From positions 434,001-498,000 of the forward strand of contig NZ_JMCB01000003.1 in the NCBI RefSeq assembly GCF_000737315.1: DNA of 64,000 nt, given 5' to 3'. The notes under the pieces are model-generated. The model saw only the letters and a program-made list of their open reading frames with translations. It ran no database searches and was not told where the DNA came from. Of this stretch, positions 50,687 through 64,000 are shown piece by piece (the first letter of the stretch is position 1; each line of letters starts with the position of its first letter). The DNA is from Hyalangium minutum (lineage in GTDB: Bacteria > Myxococcota > Myxococcia > Myxococcales > Myxococcaceae). The translations under genes were made by a program, and so were the position numbers.

Positions 50687-52756
50687 ATGTCCGAAACCGC
50701 CTCAGCCCCCGTAGCTCCGAAGGAAGCCGAGTTTCAGCCCTACATCTCCGCGGACCGAAGCGATGTCGCCGAGTTCACCCCCAAGGCCATCATCATCGGG
50801 GTGGTGTTCGGCATCATCTTCGGCGCCGCGACGGTGTACCTGGCCCTGAAAGCGGGCCTGACCGTGTCGGCCTCGATTCCGATCGCGGTGCTCGCCATCT
50901 CCCTGCTGAAGAAGCTGGGAGGCTCGACGATCCTCGAGAACAACGTGGTGCAGACCATCGGCTCGGCGGGCGAGTCCATCGCCGCGGGCGTGGTGTTCAC
51001 CCTGCCGGGCTTCCTCTTCCTGAGCACGGAGAGCAACGGCGCCAGCTTCTTCGACTACTGGACCATCTTCACGCTGGCGCTGCTGGGCGGGGTGCTGGGC
51101 ACGCTGATGATGGTGCCGCTGCGGCGCTCGCTGATCGTCAAGGAGCACGGCAACCTGCCCTACCCCGAGGGCACGGCATGCGCGTCGGTGCTCATCGCCG
51201 GTGAGAAGGGCGGCAACCTGGCGAAGATCGCCTTCCAGGGCGTGGGCTTCGCGTTCGCGTACGCCCTCCTCCAGAAGATCGCGAAGCTGATCGCCGAGAC
51301 GCCCGCGCTGGTGACGGCGCAGACGAACAAGTACTTCCCGTCCGCCACGCTGAACGGCGAGATCACCCCCGAGTACATGGGCGTGGGCTACATCATCGGG
51401 CCGAAGATCGGTGGGGTGCTGGTGGCCGGTGGCGTGCTGGCGTGGCTGGGGATCATCCCGCTGCTGTCCTCGCTGGTGCCGCCGGACCTCATCGCCGCGC
51501 AGCTGGTGAAGCTGAGCTACCTCTCGAGCCTCACCACCGCGGGCGGCAAGGGCGGGTGGGATCCGGCGACGCACACGTTCGCCAGCACGGCGACGGCGGT
51601 CTACTTCGCGTATGTCCGGCAGATCGGCGCGGGCGCGGTGGCGGCCGGCGGCTTCATCACCCTGCTGAAGACGCTGCCGACGATCATCTCGGCCTTCAAG
51701 GAGAGCCTGGCCTCCCTGCGTGAGGGGGCCTCGGCGGCCGCCGCCAAGCGCACCGAGCGCGATCTGCCCATCACCGTGGTGCTGGCGGGCAGCGTGGGCC
51801 TCGTGGTGGTGATGGCGCTGCTGCCCTTCCTGCCGGGGACGATCTTCGGCCGGCTGCTGCTGGGCGTGCTCATCGTGGTGTTCGGCTTCTTCTTCGTGAC
51901 GGTGGCCTCGCGCATCGTGGGCATCATCGGCTCGTCGTCCAACCCCATCTCGGGCATGACGATCGCCACGCTGATGGCCACCTGCCTCATCTTCATCGGC
52001 ATCGGGTGGACGGGCGACGTGTACCAGCCCATGGCGCTGTGCGTGGGCGGCATGGTGTGCATCGCGGCGGCGAACGCCGGTGCCACCTCGCAGGACCTCA
52101 AGACGGGCTACCTGGTGGGCGCCACGCCTCGGGCGCAGCAGATCGGTCTGATGATCGGCGCGGTGGCGGCGTCCGTGGTGATCGGGCTCACCATCAAGCT
52201 GCTGGACACGCCCACCCCGGAGATGCAGGCCCAGGGCATCCAGCACATGATCGGCAGCGAGAAGTTCCCCGCGCCACAGGGAACGCTGATGGCCACGCTC
52301 ATCAAGGGCCTGCTGGCCTTCAACCTGGACTGGCAGTTCGTCCTGGTGGGCGTGTTCCTGTCCGTGACGATGGAGCTGTGCGGCGTGAAGGCCCTGTCCT
52401 TCGCGGTGGGCGCGTATCTGCCCCTGTCCACCACGGCGCCCATCTTCGCGGGCGGCGTCATCAAGGGGCTGGCGGACTACGTGGCGCACCGCAAGGGCGA
52501 GAAGGTGGAGGAGTCCGAGCTGGGGCCCGGCAACCTGTTCGCCACGGGCCTGGTGGCCGGCGGCGCGCTGGCGGGCGTGCTGGTGGCCATCCTCTCGGTG
52601 AACGAGGGCATCTCCAAGGAGCTCGCGAAGATCAACCTGGAGCCGCGGCTCGAGCACGCGCTGGGCGCGGGCGGCTATCAGCTGCTCGGCGTCTTCTTCT
52701 TCGCGTTGATGGGCTTCGTGCTCTACCGCATCTCGCGCCGGCCGTCGGAGGTGTAG
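50687..52756 (+). CDS. OPT-family oligopeptide transporter
   Basis: YLALKAGLTVSASIP, ENNVVQTIGS, YPEGTAC, SSNPISGMT, QDLKTG, FPAPQGTLMA. Confidence 0.95.
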   Translation: MSETASAPVAPKEAEFQPYISADRSDVAEFTPKAIIIGVVFGIIFGAATVYLALKAGLTVSASIPIAVLAISLLKKLGGSTILENNVVQTIGSAGESIAAGVVFTLPGFLFLSTESNGASFFDYWTIFTLALLGGVLGTLMMVPLRRSLIVKEHGNLPYPEGTACASVLIAGEKGGNLAKIAFQGVGFAFAYALLQKIAKLIAETPALVTAQTNKYFPSATLNGEITPEYMGVGYIIGPKIGGVLVAGGVLAWLGIIPLLSSLVPPDLIAAQLVKLSYLSSLTTAGGKGGWDPATHTFASTATAVYFAYVRQIGAGAVAAGGFITLLKTLPTIISAFKESLASLREGASAAAAKRTERDLPITVVLAGSVGLVVVMALLPFLPGTIFGRLLLGVLIVVFGFFFVTVASRIVGIIGSSSNPISGMTIATLMATCLIFIGIGWTGDVYQPMALCVGGMVCIAAANAGATSQDLKTGYLVGATPRAQQIGLMIGAVAASVVIGLTIKLLDTPTPEMQAQGIQHMIGSEKFPAPQGTLMATLIKGLLAFNLDWQFVLVGVFLSVTMELCGVKALSFAVGAYLPLSTTAPIFAGGVIKGLADYVAHRKGEKVEESELGPGNLFATGLVAGGALAGVLVAILSVNEGISKELAKINLEPRLEHALGAGGYQLLGVFFFALMGFVLYRISRRPSEV

Positions 52757-52765
52757 TCCGCGGCC

Positions 52766-58066
<5,301 letters not shown>

Positions 58067-58282
58067 GTGAGCCCCCCTGTCGATACCGGCCCCGACAGCC
58101 GGCCTGCATCGGCGCCCCCATCTTATGCCCTCAGGGCATCGGCGAGCGCCCTGGATCTGCCCGCGAACTGTGCAAAAGAGGATGACCCGATGGGATTCCT
58201 GGGAAACCTGAGAATCTCCGAAACGGCCCTTCTGCTCAGGGCACGAAGTTTCCCTTACGACCGGAAATTTCCGCGCTGCACG

Positions 58283-59440
58283 CTACCCCCCGCGTGCCCG
58301 CCGATCCGACGGCGGGTTCGCGTCCCGGACGAGCTCGTTGTACTGGTCGAGCAGATACTGTGAGAGCTGCCGGATATCCGAATGCGTGTTCTCAATCTGG
58401 TTCCACTCGACCTTCCGCCCTGCCCCGAAGTCCCAGAACCCACTGGTCCACCGGCAGATACGCTTCAGCGGCATCAGGTCCAGAGCGAACATGTCTCGCT
58501 TGAGGTGGATCCTGTTCCGATGCCGATCCGCGATGGCATCCATGAGCAGGCCCATGCTCTGGATTCCGGCGCCATGCATGAGGCGCGACTTCTTCGGTGA
58601 GATCCGCCAATCATCGGGGAAAACATCACTCACGGCGCCCCAGTAAGCGCAGAGGACGGTGACCATGGCATCAATGGCCCCCCCTGCCCCATCCTCCGAG
58701 CGGAACCGGTACAACACGCCCTCGTTTAGGCTGGTCTCCAGCATCTTCAAGATGGAGTTGTCCTTGATAATGCCGCTCGGGTTTGTCGGTGTCTGGATGA
58801 GCCCACGGAAGGGCGAGTGCCTCTTAGCGTTGAGGATGGTGAGGAGTTGGGACGGGAACCGCTTCTTGAGTAGATTCGACGGAAGCCGCGACTCCGTGTT
58901 GGGGAGCAACTCGTAGACAAGCCCCTTCGCGAGCGGCTTGGTGGAGTTGACCAGGATGAACTGGTCGGTCTGCTCGGCCACGTCGTCCGTGATGAAGGCC
59001 ACAACGCTCAGCGGAAACGAGTCGACGTTCGAGTCGCGAACAGCGGCCAGCCGCTGCTGCCCATCCACGACGAACGCGGGCTTGTCCTCGTCAAGCATCT
59101 CCTCTTCGAAAGGAACGCGCAGGGTTCCAGTCCGGGAGTACCCCTCGGGGTGGAACTCCGTGTCTGCGGGCTCGAAATGGACGCTTGAGTTGAAGGCCAG
59201 CACCACGGCGTTGGGGATCATCGGGTTGGGGCCTTCGATGAATCGCCGTATCTCGTCGATGTGCGAGAAAACCTCGGGCCGCTGATAGCCGCGAAGCGCC
59301 CCTTCTTCGTCCCTTCTCACACGGGAAATGGTCGCGAAGCGGTGGACCAACTTCCCGTCGACGGAGAAGACGTACAGCATCCGTTTCGGCCCTTGTTTCA
59401 CCTGAAGCGCGGGAAGCCGAAGCTCACGCTTTTTCGCCAT
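58283..59440 (-). CDS. dpdB: DGQHR-domain protein (DndB/DpdB-like)
   Basis: GYQR, IPNAVVLAF, FVVDGQQRLAA, QFILVNSTKPL; GGAGG RBS; directly downstream of dpdA. Confidence 0.82.
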   Translation of the reverse strand: MAKKRELRLPALQVKQGPKRMLYVFSVDGKLVHRFATISRVRRDEEGALRGYQRPEVFSHIDEIRRFIEGPNPMIPNAVVLAFNSSVHFEPADTEFHPEGYSRTGTLRVPFEEEMLDEDKPAFVVDGQQRLAAVRDSNVDSFPLSVVAFITDDVAEQTDQFILVNSTKPLAKGLVYELLPNTESRLPSNLLKKRFPSQLLTILNAKRHSPFRGLIQTPTNPSGIIKDNSILKMLETSLNEGVLYRFRSEDGAGGAIDAMVTVLCAYWGAVSDVFPDDWRISPKKSRLMHGAGIQSMGLLMDAIADRHRNRIHLKRDMFALDLMPLKRICRWTSGFWDFGAGRKVEWNQIENTHSDIRQLSQYLLDQYNELVRDANPPSDRRARGG

Positions 59441-59478
59441 GACAACACCCTCCAATGCCCACAGAAAGCCGCATCCCG

Positions 59479-60765
59479 CTAGGCGGCATCTTCCAAACCC
59501 AGACCCAGTTCGCTCCGAAGCTTTCGGTAGAAGACCCAGACGTTATGAAAGCCGCGCCGCCGGTTGCGCTCGGCCCCACGGAAGAGAATGACGTGGTGCC
59601 CGATGGAGCGGCAGACTTCGCACCCGCACTTCTTCCAGGGTTGGTCGGATAGGACCTCGCGGTACACCTCTGCCCTGCTGGTCCGTTTCTTGGCCGCACC
59701 CGCTTTCTTTTCCTGGGGCGAGCTCTCGGCGCACAGTTCCTCATAGTCGGTCAGGGCTGCGATCGATGCATTGATGTCCAACTTCCCCTTGTCGAAAGCT
59801 GCCATGGCCGCGAGCGCGGCTTTCTCCAGCTTGCGGGCCGTCTCCTGCCGGATGACACCGGAGGAGATTTTCTTTTGGAGCTTCGCGTTCCCCTCGACCT
59901 GGGGAATACGGATCGCGCTGTAAGTCCGGCTCAAGGTGTAATAGTTGTCCGAGGCATCCTTGAAGGCCTGTCTCAGCGGAGACGTGCCGTCGATGCTTGC
60001 CACGCCCAGGTCCGCAAATGCGTTCATGTGGTCGAGCCGGGTCACCCCCAGAAGATGAAGGCGGGTCTTCGGCTTCCGGACCTCTGCGATCTTCTCGAGC
60101 GACGCGAGGACCTCCGCCGTCTTGAGCGGAACCATGCCTCCAAGCGCGATATAGGAATAACCGATCGCCTGGAGTTCCTTGACCGCGTGAGCGTAGGACT
60201 TCGGGCTCCACCCCTGAGCGACACCAATGGGGGTAAAGCCCTCCTTCCGTGCCTTGCATCGGGTCCAGAACTGCTCCGCGAGGCTCAGGGTGATGGCCTG
60301 CCGCTCCTTGACCTCCTCTGGGGGCTGTTCACCCTTGGCGTCCCAGTCGGGCTGGTAGGCCAGGATCACATGATCCACCGACACCCCATAGTCGAAGCGG
60401 CAGTCGGAGTAGAAGTTGATGACTTCGTCAGCGGTGTACGGGGGGACCTTCTCCTTGACGTAGGTGAAGGCGCCACAGTCCCCCATGACCTCAAGGGGAT
60501 AAGGCACCTCCTCGATGCGCAGGAACTCCTTCACTCCGTTGCGCAAGAGCCGGTGCTTCTGGCCAATGGTGTAGCGGCTGCCCACCTGGCCGTAGCCATC
60601 GACGATGCCCTTGGAGACCAGCAAGCCGTCATAGGCGCGCGAGCGGAAGACTTCGTGGGCGTACAGATCGTCACGTTGCCTGACCCGGAGATCGTCCCGC
60701 CGTTCGGTCTCGAAGTCGAAGCTTGGGTCGACTAGGTCTTGGCTGTCAGGGAAGAAGAACTTCAT
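59479..60765 (-). CDS. dpdA: TGT-like DNA 7-deazaguanine transglycosylase DpdA
   Basis: MKFFFPDSQD, GDCGAFTY, SVDHVI, GVAQGW, ALGGMVP, HLLGV, SIDGTSP, Zn-site CGCEVC, RRRGFHN; context of que genes plus DGQHR. Confidence 0.88.
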   Translation of the reverse strand: MKFFFPDSQDLVDPSFDFETERRDDLRVRQRDDLYAHEVFRSRAYDGLLVSKGIVDGYGQVGSRYTIGQKHRLLRNGVKEFLRIEEVPYPLEVMGDCGAFTYVKEKVPPYTADEVINFYSDCRFDYGVSVDHVILAYQPDWDAKGEQPPEEVKERQAITLSLAEQFWTRCKARKEGFTPIGVAQGWSPKSYAHAVKELQAIGYSYIALGGMVPLKTAEVLASLEKIAEVRKPKTRLHLLGVTRLDHMNAFADLGVASIDGTSPLRQAFKDASDNYYTLSRTYSAIRIPQVEGNAKLQKKISSGVIRQETARKLEKAALAAMAAFDKGKLDINASIAALTDYEELCAESSPQEKKAGAAKKRTSRAEVYREVLSDQPWKKCGCEVCRSIGHHVILFRGAERNRRRGFHNVWVFYRKLRSELGLGLEDAA

Positions 60766-61709
60766 GGAGCTTTCCGTTGCGTGTCGTAGAGGCGATTGAA
60801 GCGCTCCATCTGGCACTTCTGCCCCGAGTTTCGGAACCTCTGGAGCAAGCCGCTGCGCGACTGCCGGGGGTTTTCTTCAAGTTCGTTCCGGATAAACTGC
60901 AGCACCTCGCCATCAGTGACGGGACTCCGGAGATTCTCAGGCCAGCCCCCCGTCTTGCGGGAGAGTTCGGCGACTCGTTCTCGCACGGCTGAGAGTTCCA
61001 AGCCCGTCCTGCGGGCTTCGAGCAGCACATGGCGTGCGACACGGGCGTAGAGCGAGGCCACCCCACCGCCCAGCGCGAAGACCAGCGCCCCCGGGCATTT
61101 GATCCAATGGGCACCAAGCGGCCCGGTCTGCAAAGGTGAGTCACTCGAGATGACGAAGAGCTTCTGCTGGGAGTGTCCAAGTTGGCTGGCGCGGACCAGA
61201 TCGGGCTCCATTGCGTCAACATAGGTGGAAGGAGCCACAATCATGAGGACGGCGTTCCGGTTGTTCTCGACCAACTCAGCGAGCGAGCGCGGCGTCTTCT
61301 TGGGCCGGTGTTCTCCCTGGGACAGCGCCTCCCACCAAGCCTGACGCTCGGCTTGGCCGCTCTTTCCAGCGGGAGCCACCGCGTCCTCCGACTTGCCCGT
61401 GAAGGTCGCCGAATAAGCATGAGCGGACCAGTTGCAGTTCCACAGGCCGTAGCCCGCAGAGGCCACCCATAGTTGGACCTCAAGCCCGGCCTCACGCCCA
61501 TCCGCGGGGAGCGAGCGGATCACCGACCAGTGCTGCCCGCCGTACAGGTCCAAGGCGGCAACCTCCCGCGTCTTCGAGGTCGCGAGCCGCTGACACCAAG
61601 CCGCAGCGCGGGTGGAAATCTCCCCTGCCGGAACTCGGGACAAGCGGAGTTCTGAAGGCACTTCCAGGAACTTCTTGTACGTGCAACTGGCAACCACGTG
61701 AACCTGCAT
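60762..61709 (-). CDS. Hypothetical protein, YaaA/DUF328-like (candidate DpdC counterpart)
   Basis: VASCTYKK...ALDLYGGQHW...VASAGYGL resembles YaaA/DUF6884-type motifs; stop overlaps dpdA start (ATGA). Family call is inference. Confidence 0.7.
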   Translation of the reverse strand: MQVHVVASCTYKKFLEVPSELRLSRVPAGEISTRAAAWCQRLATSKTREVAALDLYGGQHWSVIRSLPADGREAGLEVQLWVASAGYGLWNCNWSAHAYSATFTGKSEDAVAPAGKSGQAERQAWWEALSQGEHRPKKTPRSLAELVENNRNAVLMIVAPSTYVDAMEPDLVRASQLGHSQQKLFVISSDSPLQTGPLGAHWIKCPGALVFALGGGVASLYARVARHVLLEARRTGLELSAVRERVAELSRKTGGWPENLRSPVTDGEVLQFIRNELEENPRQSRSGLLQRFRNSGQKCQMERFNRLYDTQRKAP

Positions 61710-61730
61710 GGAGCAGCGAGGGAGCAGCGT

Positions 61731-62102
61731 CTAGCCGCGCCCCTCATCCTCCCCAGCATAGATGCACCCACTCGTGCAGGTCTCCCGCACCACGACGCTG
61801 CTCAGTTCCGGGAGGCTTGGCTTGAGCCGTTGCCAGATCCAGCGCGCCAGATTCTCGCTGGTGGGGTTTTCCAGCCCGGGGACCTCGTTGAGGTAGTGGT
61901 GATCGAGCGTCTCATGCAAGGGCTGGAACGCCGCCTTGAGATCCGCGAAGTCCCGGATCCAACCCACCTGGGGATCCACCGCTCCCCGGATATGGATCTC
62001 TACCGAGAAGGAGTGGCCGTGCAACCGTCGGCACTTGTGTCCCTCGGGAGTGAAGGGGAGCCGGTGTGCAGCCTCGAAGGTGAACGCCTTAAAGATCTCC
62101 AT
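61731..62102 (-). CDS. queD: 6-carboxy-5,6,7,8-tetrahydropterin synthase
   Basis: [50 protein letters not shown]. Confidence 0.95.
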   Translation of the reverse strand: MEIFKAFTFEAAHRLPFTPEGHKCRRLHGHSFSVEIHIRGAVDPQVGWIRDFADLKAAFQPLHETLDHHYLNEVPGLENPTSENLARWIWQRLKPSLPELSSVVVRETCTSGCIYAGEDEGRG

Positions 62103-62110
62103 GCGCCACC

Positions 62111-62752
62111 TTAGGGGATACCGAGGAGTTTGTGGGTCTGCAAGGACAGCCTCCAGCGCGGATGCGCGAGGCAGTACTCGACACAGGACTGGGTGTGTCG
62201 CTCACGGTCGGGACCATCGAGCGGCTGCAGGAAGAAGTGGGAGAACTCCAGGGACTCGAAGTTCTCGGGAGGCATGCCCGCCTGGGGATAGACCAGCTTG
62301 AGTTCCTGGCCCGCGCGCAGGGCAAGCTGAGTGTTCGCCTTAGGGCTGACGCAGATCCAGTCAATGCCCGGCGGTGGCAGGAGCGTCCCATTGGTCTCGA
62401 TCGCTATCTCGAACGACCGGCGGTGGAGTTCCTCGAGGAGGCTCACATCGAGTTGCAGGAGCGGCTCGCCTCCGGTGCAGACCACGAGCCTCTTGCCGTG
62501 CCGCCCGCGCCAAGTGGCCTCTACCGCCGCAGCCAGTTCTTCAGCATTCCGGAAACTGCCACCTCCTGCGCCATTGGTGCCGACAAAATCGGTATCGCAC
62601 CACCGCGAGCAGCCACCGGCTCCGTGAGGCCGGTCCGCCTCGCGGCCGCTCCAGAGGTTGCAGCCGGCAAACCGCAGGAAAACAGCGGCCCGGCCTGCCT
62701 GACCGCCCTCTCCCTGAAGAGTATAGAAGATCTCCTTGACTGCGTACGCCAT
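62111..62752 (-). CDS. queE: 7-carboxy-7-deazaguanine synthase (radical SAM)
   Basis: [52 protein letters not shown]. Confidence 0.95.
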   Translation of the reverse strand: MAYAVKEIFYTLQGEGGQAGRAAVFLRFAGCNLWSGREADRPHGAGGCSRWCDTDFVGTNGAGGGSFRNAEELAAAVEATWRGRHGKRLVVCTGGEPLLQLDVSLLEELHRRSFEIAIETNGTLLPPPGIDWICVSPKANTQLALRAGQELKLVYPQAGMPPENFESLEFSHFFLQPLDGPDRERHTQSCVEYCLAHPRWRLSLQTHKLLGIP

Positions 62753-62755
62753 CCC

Positions 62756-63457
62756 CTACTCCGCCCGGTACCGTGCTGGATCTTTCGCACCGGCTTCGCG
62801 GAATCCCTTGAGCCGAAGCTGGCAGGAATCGCAGTGGCCACAGGCCTCGCCCAGGGGCGACGGATCGTAACAACTCAAGGTGATCCCATAGTTCACCCCC
62901 AGCGTGAGTCCAGCGCGGATGATCTCGGCCTTGCTCAGCGAAATAAGGGGGGTATGAATCCGGAGCCGCTGGTGCCCTTCTACTCCGGCCTTGGTAGCCA
63001 AGTTCGCCAGTCGCTCATAGGCCTCGATGTACTCCGGGCGGCAGTCCGGGTAGCCCGAGTAATCGAGCGCGTTGACTCCGATGAAGACATCGCTCGCGCC
63101 GAGCACCTCGGCCCAGGCCAGCGCGAAGGACAGGAAGATGGTGTTGCGCGCCGGCACATAGGTGACCGGAATCCCTTGGGATATCTCGGACGCGGGCCGA
63201 TCCTTGGGCACAGCGATGTCCGCCGTCAGGGCTGAGCTCCCGAACATGCTCAGATCGATCTGAGTGATCTCATGCCGGACGGCACCCAGGCTAGCGGCCA
63301 CGCGCTTTGCCGCCTCAAGTTCCACCTCGTGCCGCTGGCCGTAGCGAAAGCTGAGAGCATAGGGCATGAACCCCTCGGACTGGGCCATGGCGAGTGCCGT
63401 GGCTGAGTCGAGACCACCACTGAGGAGCACCACCGCCGTGCGTTCCGTGCCGGACAT
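62756..63457 (-). CDS. queC: 7-cyano-7-deazaguanine synthase
   Basis: [45 protein letters not shown]; ATG 63457 with GGAG RBS. Confidence 0.96.
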   Translation of the reverse strand: MSGTERTAVVLLSGGLDSATALAMAQSEGFMPYALSFRYGQRHEVELEAAKRVAASLGAVRHEITQIDLSMFGSSALTADIAVPKDRPASEISQGIPVTYVPARNTIFLSFALAWAEVLGASDVFIGVNALDYSGYPDCRPEYIEAYERLANLATKAGVEGHQRLRIHTPLISLSKAEIIRAGLTLGVNYGITLSCYDPSPLGEACGHCDSCQLRLKGFREAGAKDPARYRAE

Positions 63458-63663
63458 GCCATCTCCCAACCGCGCTCGTCGGATCCACACGAACCACGGC
63501 TACCCGCCGTTAGGCGGGCACCCGATAGCACACGCGTTCGCTGTTTCACAGGCGCGGTCGCCATCCTACGTGACGATCCTACTGTGCAGGTAGATAGCAC
63601 CCTGGGCGTTTTAGGCAACTTAACAGGTTGTATCTGGAGTGCTCCGCCGCTCGCTTCCCAGGC

Positions 63664-64000
63664 TTACGAAGCGCAGTGCCCGTCCTCTGCAACTCCTGTA
63701 AACTGCGCGTCGCGGTCCTTACGGTGCTTCTCCGGGGCTTGGCGAGCCCCGGGGCCGGAACGCGGGACTTGACTCGCGGCGCGAACTCGCGTCTCAGGTA
63801 GTACCCCCACACATCTTAGTATGAGGCGGCCCTCGACGGGCCGAGCATATGCCTCGGCCAGCTTGACACCCCAGGGGATTCCGCGGAGGCGCTCCTGGGA
63901 TGCCGAAGCCGCCTCAAGGTGGGCGGGCCCGCCCTGCCCATTCCAAGCAGAAGTGCTCAACAGGTTGATTGCACCCGCGACGGTGCCTCGATAATGTCGG
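63664..64000 (-). CDS. Possible 3' end of a gene entering from beyond the window
   Basis: Minus-strand frame of the 63664..63960 ORF stays open to the window edge (RHYRGTVAGAINLLSTSAW...); no recognisable motif. Confidence 0.25.
   Translation of the reverse strand, partial: RHYRGTVAGAINLLSTSAWNGQGGPAHLEAASASQERLRGIPWGVKLAEAYARPVEGRLILRCVGVLPETRVRAASQVPRSGPGARQAPEKHRKDRDAQFTGVAEDGHCAS

Noticed and set aside
58283-59440. Phosphorothioate (Dnd) system
   Set aside because: Only a DndB-like DGQHR gene is present; no DndC, DndD, DndE or cysteine desulfurase.
59479-60765. Interpretation as the housekeeping tRNA-guanine transglycosylase (tgt)
   Set aside because: Lacks bacterial Tgt hallmarks (TPxFMPVGT, NTYHL, DSGGFQ) and sits with a DGQHR gene rather than queA/yajC; DpdA fits better.
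62756-63457. QatABCD or other QueC-based defence system
   Set aside because: QueC here is canonical in length and motifs and lies with queE and queD; no Qat ATPase or TatD nuclease is adjacent.
63458-63700. preQ1 riboswitch upstream of queC
   Set aside because: No AGAGGTTCTAG-like stem with an A-rich 3' tail is visible on the minus strand; an Rfam scan would be decisive.
63584-63812. Short ORFs 63584..63772+ and 63579..63812-
   Set aside because: No RBS or motifs, atypical composition, and they overlap each other in the presumed leader region.

Overview
High-GC myxobacterial chromosome segment (Cystobacterineae-like; inferred from the dmxA-ftsB-fur locus, a MYXO-CTERM protease and Hanks kinases). 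Bases 1-58 kb are mostly core or semi-accessory genes: a pentaheme cytochrome, a membrane-fused spermidine-synthase-like protein, dmxA/ftsB, fur/tlpA, an uncharacterised kinase-lipoprotein-porin-cupredoxin operon with a divergent heme lipoprotein, a small-protein/peptidoglycan-binding pair, a vWA protein with a duplicated C-terminal domain, the glgE-treS-mak-glgB glucan operon, a 2002-aa S8 protease, a prenyl synthase/GbsR pair, an MFS transporter, an orphan MCP, an OPT transporter and a hybrid pseudokinase-ATPase-histidine kinase. The last ~6 kb is visibly more AT-rich and holds the main finding: a tightly coupled minus-strand six-gene operon, queC-queE-queD-(YaaA/DpdC-like unknown)-dpdA-(DGQHR/dpdB-like). 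It looks like a compact 7-deazaguanine DNA-modification module carrying most of its own precursor pathway (no folE). No dpdD-K restriction genes follow it, and its QueE has an unusual CX16CX3C motif. No rRNA, tRNA, CRISPR array, integrase or transposase was seen. All family calls come from motif recognition by eye, not database searches.
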